Source: Halarcobacter sp. (GTDB lineage: Bacteria; Campylobacterota; Campylobacteria; Campylobacterales; Arcobacteraceae). From it: a stretch of DNA of 64,000 nt. The stretch covers positions 512,001 to 576,000 of the forward strand of contig OY781089.1 of the NCBI GenBank assembly GCA_963676565.1. Reading direction: 5' to 3'. This document shows positions 1-11,729 of this stretch, piece after piece; positions within the stretch are counted from its first letter, which is position 1; each line of letters begins with the position of its first letter. The position numbers and the translations under genes were made by a program. The notes below the pieces were generated by a model, which saw only the letters and a program-made list of their open reading frames with translations, had not been told where the DNA came from and did no database searches.

Positions 1-1617
1 AACCTTAAATAGTCTTTTTTGTTCACTTGTTTGATCAACTGCAACTTGCTTGAAACTTCTAATAATATCAGCTGTTCTATTTAGATTTGAATTAATTACA
101 CTTACTAATTCTTTAGAACTTTCTAAATAATTCTTAAGGTCCTCTTGAGTCACTTTATCTAGTTCATATTTGTGAGACATATCCTCAGCTAAAAATTCAA
201 GGTGAGAAGAACCAGTTAAACCAACACCTACTGGTGTACTTATCTCATGGGCAACCCCTGCAACTAAACGACCTAACCCAGCTAATTTTTCTGACTCCAC
301 AAGTTTATTTTGAGTTTCTCTTAAATTTTCAATTATTGTTTCTAATTCATCATTTGATTCTTGTAAGTCAATATTTCTATTGTATAATTGTTCTTCTAAT
401 TCCTTTTTCTCAGAAATATCTCTAACCGTACCATAAATTACGAATTGAGAATTTAGAACAATTTTGGAAAGAATAATTTCGGCCCAAAATTCTTGATTAT
501 TAGGTTTTTTATGAATCCATTCAAACCTAGCACTACCAACTTTATCAAACTCTTTTGAAACCTTTTTTAAAGCTTCTTTTGTAGTTAAACCATTTTTTTG
601 ATACTCTGGAGAAATATCATAAGGAGATTTCCCTATAACCTCACTTTTATCCTTTAATCCAAAAATTTCTAAAAAGGCTTTATTACAATCGATATACTTG
701 CCATCTTCAAAGGAAAGCATAGAAAGACCATCTTTAGAATCATTAAACAGTGTCTCAAAAATCTCTTTTTGTTCTTTCAATTCCTGCGTTCTTTCTTCAA
801 CTAATTTTTGAAGATTTTTATTTAATCCTTCTATCTCATTTTCACTTTTTTTCAAAGCTTCCATTTCAAATAAAATATGGTTTCTCATTTTTTCAAAGTT
901 TATAGATAACTCTTTTAATTCTCTTACACCATTTATCTCAATTTTTGTATTTAAGTTTCCTGATAAAATCTCTTTTGTTGCATCAGATAGATTATCAATA
1001 GGTTTCAATACATTTTTTACAATTAAAATGATAATAAGTGAGATTATAGATAAAACTATAAGTGAAATTATTAAAAAACTTTGTCCAAATTTATAAAGTT
1101 CACTATATTTCTCATCTAAATTAATTCTATAGCCAATAATCCAATTCCATGGCTCATAACTTTTAAAAATAATCCATCTTTCATCATTCTCCCTATTTAT
1201 AACAAAATTTCCATTTTTTAGATTTAATATCTTTTTATATTCTTTTTGATTTTTATAAAGATTACTATTTTGAGCATTATATTTTCTATGTATAACTAAG
1301 TTATTATTTTCATCTATAACAAAAGGATAAATATTTTTTTCACCCTTATCAAAAATTTCTTTTATAGCTTTTAAAGTCCCCTCTTTAAAAGCTTCTTCAT
1401 AGGATTCTACCATTTGTGTTTTCAAAAGTTTTTGGTATTTTTGATCAATTAAATAGATTATATTATCAATTCTCTCTTCATATAAAACAGTTTTTGAAGT
1501 ATCAATCTGTTTTTTTAAATCATTATAAGATAAGTATAGTATCAACCCAATACCTATAATTATTGATAAAAGTATTGCTACTAATAATTGTGTTTGTAAA
1601 GAATTGTTTTTTATCAT
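1..1617 (-). CDS. Sensor histidine kinase (TM, periplasmic domain, HAMP, PAS, HisKA); runs off the left edge of the window
   Basis: Not in the ORF track. Read by hand from ATG at 1617 (ATGA overlap with the upstream stop): MIKNNSLQTQLLVAILLSIIIGIGLIL..., with H-box EKLAGLGRLVAGVAHEISTP near 230-300. Confidence 0.85.
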   Translation of the reverse strand, partial: MIKNNSLQTQLLVAILLSIIIGIGLILYLSYNDLKKQIDTSKTVLYEERIDNIIYLIDQKYQKLLKTQMVESYEEAFKEGTLKAIKEIFDKGEKNIYPFVIDENNNLVIHRKYNAQNSNLYKNQKEYKKILNLKNGNFVINRENDERWIIFKSYEPWNWIIGYRINLDEKYSELYKFGQSFLIISLIVLSIISLIIILIVKNVLKPIDNLSDATKEILSGNLNTKIEINGVRELKELSINFEKMRNHILFEMEALKKSENEIEGLNKNLQKLVEERTQELKEQKEIFETLFNDSKDGLSMLSFEDGKYIDCNKAFLEIFGLKDKSEVIGKSPYDISPEYQKNGLTTKEALKKVSKEFDKVGSARFEWIHKKPNNQEFWAEIILSKIVLNSQFVIYGTVRDISEKKELEEQLYNRNIDLQESNDELETIIENLRETQNKLVESEKLAGLGRLVAGVAHEISTPVGVGLTGSSHLEFLAEDMSHKYELDKVTQEDLKNYLESSKELVSVINSNLNRTADIIRSFKQVAVDQTSEQKRLFKV

Positions 1618-2579
1618 TGAACTATCTCTGCATGATCAATAAAGTCAAAAGGGAAAATGATATTAAGCTTTTTTGCTAAAGTTGTATTAATTATAATTCT
1701 AGCTTCTTTATTTTTAACTATTTTAATATCATTCACTTTTTTCCCATTTAAAATTTCAAGAGCAGTTTTTGCAACCCACTCTCCTTGCTCTTCAGGCTTA
1801 TTTGCAAAAATCATTAATGCAAAGTTTTTTAAAGTTATATCCCAAGCAGCAGATGGAATTTTAGTTTCTTTTTTAACAAAAGCTTCTAACTCTTCTTTAT
1901 TTTTATTCCAATCTACTAAAGCCCCACTATTTCCAAGTAACAATATATCAACATTGTTTTGTAAATATATAAAATTTTCTTTCCATTCTTCTATTGTTTT
2001 TGCATACTTTGTAATGATTTTTTGATTTAACTGTTTTTCAAAAAATTGATTCTGTAACTTAACACTATAAGAATTATCATCTAAACTGCCTATTCTAATA
2101 CCTTTGGTATATTTTTTTAAAGTATCAACTATTTGAGGTATAAGCTGTACTTCTTCCATTCCTGTTATTTTATTAGGTAATTGTTCATATTTCTTTATAG
2201 TACCATTTATGCCACAAAAAATAATTGGAATAGTTGAATTTTTAAAATGGGGTAAAATAACATATTTAATAGCATTGTCATCGGAAGTAATAATCACATC
2301 AGGTTTAAATTTTTCAATTTGATTTTTAATCTCTAAAGCAGTTTTTATTTTATAGGATTCATTATTATTTCTTTTAGAATCCATCTCAACTCTTTTAAAT
2401 TCAATTGGTAACTTAGATTTAAAAAGCACTTTTTTAATATTATTTTCAATTCCATCACTCCAATAAAGCCCAGTATGATAGGAGTTAATGTAAAAAACCT
2501 TTTTAGGAGAAACACTTTTGGCTCCTAAATAGGAAGTTAAGGTAAATAATAAAAAGAAAAGAACAAATAACTTTTTCAT
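1614..2579 (-). CDS. Periplasmic ABC-type substrate-binding protein, probably an accessory sensor for the downstream kinase
   Basis: Signal peptide MKKLFVLFFLLFTL (start at 2579 preferred over 2600); INSYH...W, PDVIITSDDNA and INTTLAKKLNI motifs; translationally coupled to the kinase; no permease nearby. Confidence 0.75.
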   Translation of the reverse strand: MKKLFVLFFLLFTLTSYLGAKSVSPKKVFYINSYHTGLYWSDGIENNIKKVLFKSKLPIEFKRVEMDSKRNNNESYKIKTALEIKNQIEKFKPDVIITSDDNAIKYVILPHFKNSTIPIIFCGINGTIKKYEQLPNKITGMEEVQLIPQIVDTLKKYTKGIRIGSLDDNSYSVKLQNQFFEKQLNQKIITKYAKTIEEWKENFIYLQNNVDILLLGNSGALVDWNKNKEELEAFVKKETKIPSAAWDITLKNFALMIFANKPEEQGEWVAKTALEILNGKKVNDIKIVKNKEARIIINTTLAKKLNIIFPFDFIDHAEIVQ

Positions 2580-2636
2580 ATAAGTACCTTTTCTTTTCAT
2601 TATAACATAAAGATTTGATTTTGTAATAATAAAATA

Positions 2637-2732
2637 CTATGCTATTGCTGCAAATGTAGTTGCTATTGTTAGAAAATAGATGATAATAACTATTACATAA
2701 TCTTTTTTATTTGTATTAATTTCTGTTTTCAT
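2637..2732 (-). CDS. Unannotated 31-aa single-helix membrane peptide MKTEINTNKKDYVIVIIIYFLTIATTFAAIA
   Basis: ATG at 2732, TAG at 2639-2637, strong SD AAGGAG 8 nt upstream, 19-residue hydrophobic C-terminus. Confidence 0.6.
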   Translation of the reverse strand: MKTEINTNKKDYVIVIIIYFLTIATTFAAIA

Positions 2733-2781
2733 TTTTTTATCTCCTTCATATAGGAGATAAAAAATCTCCTATATTTTTTTT
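2733..2781. promoter_or_regulatory. Two mutually exclusive hairpins over the RBS of the 31-aa ORF; one is followed by T8 on the + strand
   Basis: ATCTCCT 2739-2745, AGGAGAT 2752-2758, ATCTCCT 2764-2770; 13-bp stem 2733-2745/2752-2764 versus 11-bp stem 2748-2758/2764-2774. Confidence 0.65.
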
Positions 2782-2847
2782 ATTCTAATTAATCTCTTCG
2801 AGACATCATCGCTATTCAATCTTTTCCTTTTTTTTAAAATTTGGCAT

Positions 2848-2882
2848 AAAAAAAGGGGAGAGCTAAGAAGCTCTCCCCTTTT
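2848..2882 (-). terminator. Intrinsic terminator of typA
   Basis: AAAAGGGGAGAGCT-AAGA-AGCTCTCCCCTTTT perfect stem with a T-tract on the - strand, 20 nt after the typA stop. Confidence 0.9.
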
Positions 2883-2902
2883 CAGTTTAAAGTTAAGTTC
2901 TG

Positions 2903-4720
2903 CTATTCAGCGAACTTCGCCTTCTTAGCAGCCCTTTTCCTAACTGTAGGATCAAGCTCTCTTTTTCTAACTCTAATCGTTTGAGGTGTAACCTCAACTA
3001 ATTCATCTTCTTCAATCCACTCTAGTGCATTTTCTAGAGACATAACTCTTGGCGGGATAAGCTTAATTGCATCATCAGATCCCGAAGCTCTTACGTTTGT
3101 AAGTGCCTTTCCTTTAATTGGGTTAACATCTAAATCATTTGATTTTGCGTGTTCTCCAATTACCATCCCTACATAAACCTTATCTTGAGGCTTAATGTAC
3201 ATTGTTCCTCTTTCTTGTAGGTTAAAAATAGAGAAACCTAGTGCTTCACCATTTTCCATGGATACAAGTGCCCCGTTTTTCCTTGATTCTACTGTTCCAG
3301 AATATGGCCTAAACTCTAAAAATGAGTGGTTCATAACACCCTCACCTTTTGTATCAGTTAAGAACTCTGTTCTAATACCAATTAAACCTCTTGCAGGAAT
3401 TTCAAACTCTAACCTTGTAAATCCAGCACCCATAGGAACCATATTTGTCATATTCGCTTTTTTCTTTCCTAATTTTTCAATGATAGTTCCAGAATACTCA
3501 TCAGGAGTATCTATTACTAAATGTTCAAATGGTTCCATTACTACACCATTTTCTTCTCTTGTAATAACCTCTGGTCTACCAATTGAGAACTCAAAACCTT
3601 CTCTTCTCATATTCTCAGCTAAGATAGTAATTTGAAGTTCACCCCTACCGTTAACTTTAAATTTACCCTCACCAATTTGCTCATAATTCATAGCAATATT
3701 AGTGTTCATCTCAGCTTTTAATCTTTCATCAATTTTATTTGAAGTAACAAATTTACCCTCAGTTCCAGCTAATGGAGAATCATTAACTGCAAATGTAACT
3801 GAAAGTGTAGGTTCTTCAATATGCATAGGATCTAGTGGCATTGGATTTGCAGGATCACAAAGTGAATCACCTACGTCAATAGTTTCAAATCCAGCAACAG
3901 CACAAATATCTCCAGCTCCAGCTTCTTTGATTTCAATTCTATCAAGACCTTTAAATCCAATAAGTTTAGTAACTCTACCTTTTACTTTTTCACCATCTGC
4001 TTTTACAAGCATTACAGTTTCACCCATTGAAATTTTTCCATTAAAAATTCTAGAAATACCAATTTTTCCAATGAAATTATCATAATCAAGAGTAAATACT
4101 TGAAGTTGAAGACCATTTTCTTCACTACCTTGTGGTTTTGGAACTTCATTTAAAATAGTTTCGAATAATGGTTGTAAATCTTTTTTCTCATCTTCAAGGG
4201 CATGCATTGCATAACCATCTCTTGCTGCTGCATAAATAACAGGGAATTCTAATTGCTCTTCAGTTGCACCCATTTGGTCAAATAGGTCAAATACTTCATC
4301 AACAACTCTATCAGGTTCCCCAGCTGGTTTATCAATTTTGTTTACAACAACAATTGGTCTATGTCCTAAAGATAAAGCTTTTTTTACAACAAATTTAGTT
4401 TGAGGCATAACACCCTCTTGTGCGTCAACTAGTAATAATACTGAGTCAACCATTTTAAGAACCCTTTCAACTTCTCCACCAAAATCGGCGTGACCTGGAG
4501 TGTCAATAATATTAATTCTAACTCCCTCATAATCAATAGCTGTATTTTTAGAAAGAATTGTAATACCTCTTTCTTTCTCAATATCATTACTATCCATTAC
4601 TCTTTCATCGATTTGCGTATGAGCTGCGAAAGTTCCAGATTGTTTCAGTAATTCATCAACAAGTGTAGTTTTACCGTGGTCAACGTGTGCGATTACGGCA
4701 ATATTTCTAATGTCTCTCAT
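2903..4720 (-). CDS. typA: Translational GTPase TypA/BipA
   Basis: [43 protein letters not shown] and C-terminal [11 protein letters not shown]. Confidence 0.98.
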   Translation of the reverse strand: MRDIRNIAVIAHVDHGKTTLVDELLKQSGTFAAHTQIDERVMDSNDIEKERGITILSKNTAIDYEGVRINIIDTPGHADFGGEVERVLKMVDSVLLLVDAQEGVMPQTKFVVKKALSLGHRPIVVVNKIDKPAGEPDRVVDEVFDLFDQMGATEEQLEFPVIYAAARDGYAMHALEDEKKDLQPLFETILNEVPKPQGSEENGLQLQVFTLDYDNFIGKIGISRIFNGKISMGETVMLVKADGEKVKGRVTKLIGFKGLDRIEIKEAGAGDICAVAGFETIDVGDSLCDPANPMPLDPMHIEEPTLSVTFAVNDSPLAGTEGKFVTSNKIDERLKAEMNTNIAMNYEQIGEGKFKVNGRGELQITILAENMRREGFEFSIGRPEVITREENGVVMEPFEHLVIDTPDEYSGTIIEKLGKKKANMTNMVPMGAGFTRLEFEIPARGLIGIRTEFLTDTKGEGVMNHSFLEFRPYSGTVESRKNGALVSMENGEALGFSIFNLQERGTMYIKPQDKVYVGMVIGEHAKSNDLDVNPIKGKALTNVRASGSDDAIKLIPPRVMSLENALEWIEEDELVEVTPQTIRVRKRELDPTVRKRAAKKAKFAE

Positions 4721-4947
4721 TTATTCTCTTTATGATAATTTCTTTTAATTTCGCGGATTATACTAAAACTTTGCTTAAAGTCTTAAAAAATTTATATTTT
4801 AGTTTCATTTTGATTATAAAGTTTTCGAAAAGAGTAAAAAAGTGTCTAAAAGATAACTTTTAGTTCATTTTAGAGGTTTACAATTACAACATATAAAAAA
4901 TGAAGCTAATATAAATTTTTAAGCTTCAATTAAAAAAAGGAATGAAA

Positions 4948-6345
4948 ATGACAAAAAGAATAGAACACGATTTAATTGGAGATAGAGAAATTCCATTTGA
5001 AATCTATTATGGTGTACAAACACTTAGAGCAAAAGAAAACTTTAATATAACAGGAATAACACTTTCAAATTTTCCTACATTTATTACTTCAATTGCAAAG
5101 GTTAAAAAATCTTGTGCTTTAGCAAACTATGAATTAGGAATGTTAGAAGAGTATAAAAAAAGTGCAATTTGCGAAGCTTGTGATGAACTTATTGCAGGTA
5201 AATATCATGAGCAATTTGTAGTTGATATGTTCCAAGGTGGAGCAGGAACTTCTGTAAATATGAATGCAAACGAAGTTATCGCAAATATTGCTTTAGAACT
5301 TTTAGGACATAACAAAGGTGAATACTCATTTTTACATCCAAATAATGATGTGAATAAATCACAATCAACAAATGATGCATACCCTACTGCATTTAGAATT
5401 GCTTTATATGAAAAAATTTATGAATTAGTTGATTCTATGACTATTCTAAGAAAAGCATTTAGTGATAAATCTAATGAGTTTAGTGAAATAATTAAAATGG
5501 GAAGAACACAATTACAAGATGCAGTTCCTATGACTTTAGGACAAGAGTTTCATTCATTTGCAACAATGATTGAAGAGGATATACAAAGATTACTTGAATC
5601 TCAACAATTAGTTAGAGAGATGAATTTAGGAGCAACAGCAATTGGTACAGGAATCAATTCACATCCTGAATATGCTCGTTTAGTAGAACAAAAACTTCAA
5701 GATGTAACAGGAAGACCATTTAAAACTGCAAAAGATTTAGTTGAAGCAACTCAAGATACAGGTGCTTATGTACAAATCTCTGGAGTTTTAAAAAGAATTG
5801 CTACAAAAATCTCAAAAATCTGTAATGACTTAAGACTTTTAAGTTCAGGACCAAGAGCTGGATTAAATGAGATAAATCTTCCAGCAATGCAACCAGGAAG
5901 TTCAATTATGCCAGGGAAAGTTAACCCTGTTATTCCTGAAGTTGTTAATCAAGTTGCTTTCCAAGTTATTGGTACAGATATGACTATTACAATGGCAAGT
6001 GAAGGTGGACAATTACAATTAAATGTTTTTGAGCCAGTTATAGCATACAACTTATTTAATAATATGAATATGATGAAAAATGCTTTTGAAACACTTGCAG
6101 ATAAATGTGTAAAAGGGATTACTGCGAACGAAGAGCATTGCAAAAATTTAGTTCTTAATTCAATTGGATTAGTAACTGCTTTAAACCCACATATTGGATA
6201 TGAAAACTCTACTTCAGTTGCGAAAGAAGCACTTGAAAGTGGGCAATCAGTTTATGACATTGTTTTAAAAAGAGGTCTTTTAACTAAAGAAGAACTTGAA
6301 GATATTATAAGACCAGAGAATATGATTAAACCTAGATTGGTTTAA
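4948..6345 (+). CDS. aspA: Aspartate ammonia-lyase
   Basis: GSSIMPGKVNP signature, KMGRTQLQDAVP, QSTNDAYPT; second ATG (4948) fits the SD better than 4942. Confidence 0.96.
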   Translation: MTKRIEHDLIGDREIPFEIYYGVQTLRAKENFNITGITLSNFPTFITSIAKVKKSCALANYELGMLEEYKKSAICEACDELIAGKYHEQFVVDMFQGGAGTSVNMNANEVIANIALELLGHNKGEYSFLHPNNDVNKSQSTNDAYPTAFRIALYEKIYELVDSMTILRKAFSDKSNEFSEIIKMGRTQLQDAVPMTLGQEFHSFATMIEEDIQRLLESQQLVREMNLGATAIGTGINSHPEYARLVEQKLQDVTGRPFKTAKDLVEATQDTGAYVQISGVLKRIATKISKICNDLRLLSSGPRAGLNEINLPAMQPGSSIMPGKVNPVIPEVVNQVAFQVIGTDMTITMASEGGQLQLNVFEPVIAYNLFNNMNMMKNAFETLADKCVKGITANEEHCKNLVLNSIGLVTALNPHIGYENSTSVAKEALESGQSVYDIVLKRGLLTKEELEDIIRPENMIKPRLV

Positions 6346-6376
6346 TGGCTTAAGTAAACTTACAGAAGGAGAAAAA

Positions 6377-7678
6377 ATGTTAGGTTTAGAAATTATTGTT
6401 GTACTTGGTGCAATATTTTTAGGAGCCCGAATGGGCGGAATTGGTATTGGTTATGCAGGTGGACTTGGTGTTCTTATTTTATGTTTATTCTTTGGTTTAA
6501 AACCAGGGAGTATCCCTATTGATGTAATTTTAATTATTATGTCTGTTATTGCAGCAATTGCTGCAATGCAAGTTGCTGGTGGACTAGACTATATGGTTAA
6601 AGTTGCTGAAAATATTTTAAGAAAAAACCCTAAGCATATTACATATTTAGCTCCTACTGTTACATATTTCATGACAATTTTAGCTGGAACTGGACATACA
6701 GCTTATTCAACACTTCCAGTTATTGCGGAAGTTGCAAAAGAGCAAGGTATTAGACCGTCACGTCCATTAGGTATTGCAGTTGTTGCTTCTCAAATAGCAA
6801 TTACAGCTTCTCCAATTTCTGCTGCAGTTGTATTTTTAAGTGGTATCTTAGAACCTCTTGGTGTTGGATATATTCAATTATTAGCTGTTTGTATACCTAC
6901 TACATTTGCAGCTTGTATGATTACAGCTTTTGTTAGTAACTTTTTAGGAAAAGACTTAAAAGATGATTCTGTTTATAAAGATAGATTAGAAAAAGGTCTA
7001 GTAAAACTTAGAGGTGAAAGCAATATTGAAATTAAAAAAGGTGCAAAACTTTCAGTTGGAATTTTTATTCTTACTATCCTTTCAGTAGTTACTTATGCAA
7101 CATTAATTAGTAAAAAAGTTGGGATTATTGTAGATCCAAGTTTACCTAGAAATGCTGCAATTATGGTATTCATGTTAGCTTGTGCAACAATTATTACCTT
7201 AGCTTGTAAAGTTGATACAGGAAAAATCATCAGTGCTTCAACATTTAAATCTGGTATGAGTGCTTGTATTTGTGTTCTTGGTGTTGCATGGTTAGGAACA
7301 ACTTTTGTTGGTGCACACTTAGGAGAGATTAAAGAGTTCGCAAGTACTTTATTAAACCAATATCCATGGATGTTAGCTGTTGCCTTATTCTTTGCAAGTA
7401 TGCTTTTATATTCTCAAGGTGCAACTACAAAAGCTTTAATGCCTGCTGCTCTTGCATTAGGTGTTGACCCAGTTACTGCTGTTGCATCATTTGCTGCTGT
7501 TAGTGCATTATTTGTTTTACCAACTTATCCAACACTTTTAGCTGCAGTTGAAATGGATGATACAGGAAGTACAAGAATCGGTAATTTAGTATTCAACCAC
7601 CCATTTATGATTCCAGGTGTAATTGCTATTTCACTAAGTGTAGTGTTTGGATTTATACTAGGTGGAATTATTTTATAA
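6377..7678 (+). CDS. dcuA: Anaerobic C4-dicarboxylate transporter DcuA
   Basis: GARMGGIGIGYAGGLG, ASQIAITASPISAA, DDTGSTRIG..FNHPF; directly after aspA. Confidence 0.94.
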   Translation: MLGLEIIVVLGAIFLGARMGGIGIGYAGGLGVLILCLFFGLKPGSIPIDVILIIMSVIAAIAAMQVAGGLDYMVKVAENILRKNPKHITYLAPTVTYFMTILAGTGHTAYSTLPVIAEVAKEQGIRPSRPLGIAVVASQIAITASPISAAVVFLSGILEPLGVGYIQLLAVCIPTTFAACMITAFVSNFLGKDLKDDSVYKDRLEKGLVKLRGESNIEIKKGAKLSVGIFILTILSVVTYATLISKKVGIIVDPSLPRNAAIMVFMLACATIITLACKVDTGKIISASTFKSGMSACICVLGVAWLGTTFVGAHLGEIKEFASTLLNQYPWMLAVALFFASMLLYSQGATTKALMPAALALGVDPVTAVASFAAVSALFVLPTYPTLLAAVEMDDTGSTRIGNLVFNHPFMIPGVIAISLSVVFGFILGGIIL

Positions 7679-8750
<1,072 letters not shown>

Positions 8751-8752
<2 letters not shown>

Positions 8753-8788
8753 TAAAAAGAAGAGAATTTAATTCTCTCCTTTTTATTT
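8751..8788 (+). terminator. Intrinsic terminator of aspA-dcuA-ansB
   Basis: AATAAAAAG-A-AGAGAAT-TTA-ATTCTCT-C-CTTTTTATT inverted repeat immediately after the stop. Confidence 0.7.
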
Positions 8789-8823
8789 CTTAGATAAAAT
8801 ATCTAAAATATAAAGGATATCTA

Positions 8824-11034
8824 ATGAGAATAAAAACTCTTCTACTACTTATAATACTAATAAATATATCCTTATTTGCACAATCAAATAAAAACGTACT
8901 TGTAATTAATTCTTACCATAGAGGGTTTGAATGGAGTGATAAAGTAATCAATGGAATAGAAAAAACTTTATACAATACAAAAACAAATGTAAATGTTTTA
9001 TATATGGATTCAAAAAGAATCGCATCAGAAAAATATTTCAACAAAATGAAAGAACTTTATAAATTACAATTGGGAAAAAGTAAATATAATTTAATTGTTG
9101 CTGTTGATACTTTTGCCTATGAATTTATGCTAAAAAACTACAATGAACTCTTTAAAGATGAACCCTTATACTTTGTAGGGATTGAACAATATTCCCAAAA
9201 AGATGTTGACTTCTATAACTTGACAGATAAAGTATCTGGAGTATTAGAGAAAAGAGCAATTGACGAGACTATTCAAATTATAAATAAATCAATTCCAAAA
9301 TTAAATAAACTATATATTATAAATGACAAAAGTAAAAATGGAGACCATACGGACCCATATATACGAAATGCTATAAATAATCTAAATAAAAATATTAAAA
9401 TAGAATATATTAGAAGTTCAAACCTAGATAAATTAAAGAAAAAATTCTCAAAGTATAAAAAAGATGAAGCAATATTTTTTATACGTTTTTACAATAATGA
9501 AGATGGTTCTTTAAATAAAAACAGTGAAATTGCTTCAATGATAGATTCTTGTAAAATTCCTGTTTTCTCAACTGATACATTGTTTATTGGAAAAGGTTCA
9601 GTTGGAGGGAAACTTGTAGATATTGAAAAACTAGGAGAAAATGCAGGTGTTGATATTTTAAGAATTTTGAATAATCAATTAAAACTTTCATTTATAAAAA
9701 CTAATACCTCATATGAATATATTTTTGATTACAAAAAAATTAAAGAATTTAATATAAACCTTGAAAGATTAAACTTAAAATATACACTAATAAATACCCC
9801 AATAACTTTTTTTGATAAATATAGAGAGTTTATCGATATTGTTTTTATAATCAGCCCATTTTTAGTTCTTTTAATCCTTGGATTAATTCATAACTTAAGA
9901 TTAAGAATTCAAAAATCAAAGATATCTCAACAAAGAATAGAATTAGATAAGATTTTATTAAATGCTATAGATAATCCAATCGTTTGGCAAGACAAAGATG
10001 GGAAAATTGTTGAATATAATACTAAATTTGAAGAATTTATGAAATATAAAACACCTGATAATAAAGATTTGACTTTTTGTGATTTTATGAAAAACTATAA
10101 AAACAGACCCATAATTGATTGTTTAAAAAAATTTATAAATAAATCAGAAACTGAAAATCTATTAACAATAAAAACTAATACCCAAGAGAAATTTTACATA
10201 ATAAATCAAACAAACTATACTGAAAATATTTATAATACTAGTGGTACAGTAACTGTTTTAACAGATATAACAAAAGAAAAAGAAGCTATAAAAGAGAAAT
10301 CAAAACACCAAGAGTTTATTATCCAACAAAGTAAACTTGCTGAAATAGGTGAAGTTTTTTCATCAATAGCACATCAATGGAAAGCTCCTTTAGTAGAGAT
10401 TGCAACCATTGCACAAGAGCAAGCCTATAATGAAGATAGTAATTTTGATGGAAAAAATAATATATATGTTAACGATATTATGGTGCAAGTTAAATATATG
10501 ACTGATACAATAAATGACTTCCAAAAATTTATTATGCCATCTACTAAAAAAATAGCTTTTGATGTTCATGAATCAATAAGTGAAATGTTAGAGATTATAA
10601 ATCACAATTTAAAATATAACTATATTAATGTAGATATAAATGTTCCTGAAGGAACCCATCTAACAGTATTAGGTTATAAAAATGAGTTTATGCAAACCCT
10701 TCTTAATATTGTAAATAATTCAAAAGATGCCATTATAAAACAAAAAAAGATTGGCAATATAAAAAAAGGAAAAATTACAATAAATCTAATCAATATTGAA
10801 AAATATCTACAACTTGAAATTATTGATAATGGAGGTGGTATCCCTGAAACATTTATTGAAAATATATTCAAACCATATTTCACAACAAAAGAGAAAGGGC
10901 ATGGAATTGGTTTATATATGGCAAAACTAATTATAGAAGATAAAATTGGTGGAAAAATAGAAGCACAAAATTTAAAAGATGGCGCAAAATTTACAATTAG
11001 ACTGGAGACTTACGATGAAGATATTAGTTCTTGA
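8824..11034 (+). CDS. Sensor histidine kinase with fused N-terminal substrate-binding domain and PAS domain
   Basis: INSYHRGFEW N-terminal domain, TM near residue 340, SIAHQWKAPL H-box, DNGGGI, FKPYFTTK and GIGLY. Confidence 0.9.
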   Translation: MRIKTLLLLIILINISLFAQSNKNVLVINSYHRGFEWSDKVINGIEKTLYNTKTNVNVLYMDSKRIASEKYFNKMKELYKLQLGKSKYNLIVAVDTFAYEFMLKNYNELFKDEPLYFVGIEQYSQKDVDFYNLTDKVSGVLEKRAIDETIQIINKSIPKLNKLYIINDKSKNGDHTDPYIRNAINNLNKNIKIEYIRSSNLDKLKKKFSKYKKDEAIFFIRFYNNEDGSLNKNSEIASMIDSCKIPVFSTDTLFIGKGSVGGKLVDIEKLGENAGVDILRILNNQLKLSFIKTNTSYEYIFDYKKIKEFNINLERLNLKYTLINTPITFFDKYREFIDIVFIISPFLVLLILGLIHNLRLRIQKSKISQQRIELDKILLNAIDNPIVWQDKDGKIVEYNTKFEEFMKYKTPDNKDLTFCDFMKNYKNRPIIDCLKKFINKSETENLLTIKTNTQEKFYIINQTNYTENIYNTSGTVTVLTDITKEKEAIKEKSKHQEFIIQQSKLAEIGEVFSSIAHQWKAPLVEIATIAQEQAYNEDSNFDGKNNIYVNDIMVQVKYMTDTINDFQKFIMPSTKKIAFDVHESISEMLEIINHNLKYNYINVDINVPEGTHLTVLGYKNEFMQTLLNIVNNSKDAIIKQKKIGNIKKGKITINLINIEKYLQLEIIDNGGGIPETFIENIFKPYFTTKEKGHGIGLYMAKLIIEDKIGGKIEAQNLKDGAKFTIRLETYDEDISS

Positions 11035-11671
11035 AGATAATGAAAGATTATCAAAATTAATAAAAAATGCCCTAAACAAACATGGTTATATTGTGGATTT
11101 AGTAAGTGATGGAGAAGAAGCCTTAGACAAAATTTTAGATGGATATTCTTGTTTTGTTTTAGATATAAATGTACCATCTTTAGATGGAATTTCAGTTTTA
11201 GAATCTATTAAAATGTATCACAAAAATGTGCCTACAATTATAATTAGTTCAAACCATGACTTAGAAAAAATTCAAAAATCATATGAAACGGGATGTGATG
11301 ATTATATAAAAAAACCATTTTTTATGTATGAACTAATCCATAAAATCCAAAAATTATGTTTTAAAGAGGTTTCAAAAATAAGCCTTGGTGAAAAATTCAT
11401 ATATGATATTCCAAAAAGACTTTTAACACATGATGATAATAAAATTGAACTAGCAAGAAAAGAGATACTTCTATTGGAACTTCTAACAAAAGATATAAAT
11501 AGAGTTTTTAGTTTTGATGAGATTGAGGAATATGTTTGGGAAGGGGAGCCTTCTACAATCATGAATATTAGAGCTTTGGTTAAAAGAATAAGAAAAAAAA
11601 TACCCGAAAAAGCTATAAAGATTGTAAAAGGGATTGGATATAGCGTAAATGCAACAAAAATAGACGAATAA
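11015..11671 (+). CDS. OmpR-family response regulator
   Basis: MKILVLEDN (ATG 11015), LDINVP, DDYIKKPF, winged-helix VKGIGY. Confidence 0.9.
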   Translation: MKILVLEDNERLSKLIKNALNKHGYIVDLVSDGEEALDKILDGYSCFVLDINVPSLDGISVLESIKMYHKNVPTIIISSNHDLEKIQKSYETGCDDYIKKPFFMYELIHKIQKLCFKEVSKISLGEKFIYDIPKRLLTHDDNKIELARKEILLLELLTKDINRVFSFDEIEEYVWEGEPSTIMNIRALVKRIRKKIPEKAIKIVKGIGYSVNATKIDE

Positions 11672-11729
11672 AAACCACTTTTTATACTCCATAGTTTAAT
11701 ATCATTTAGAAAAATTCTAAGGTGTGTTT

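Noticed and set aside
4797..4871. Repeat TTTTAGT(T)TCATTTT twice in the typA-aspA divergent promoter
   Set aside because: Could be an operator, but low complexity in an AT-rich spacer makes it unsupportable alone.
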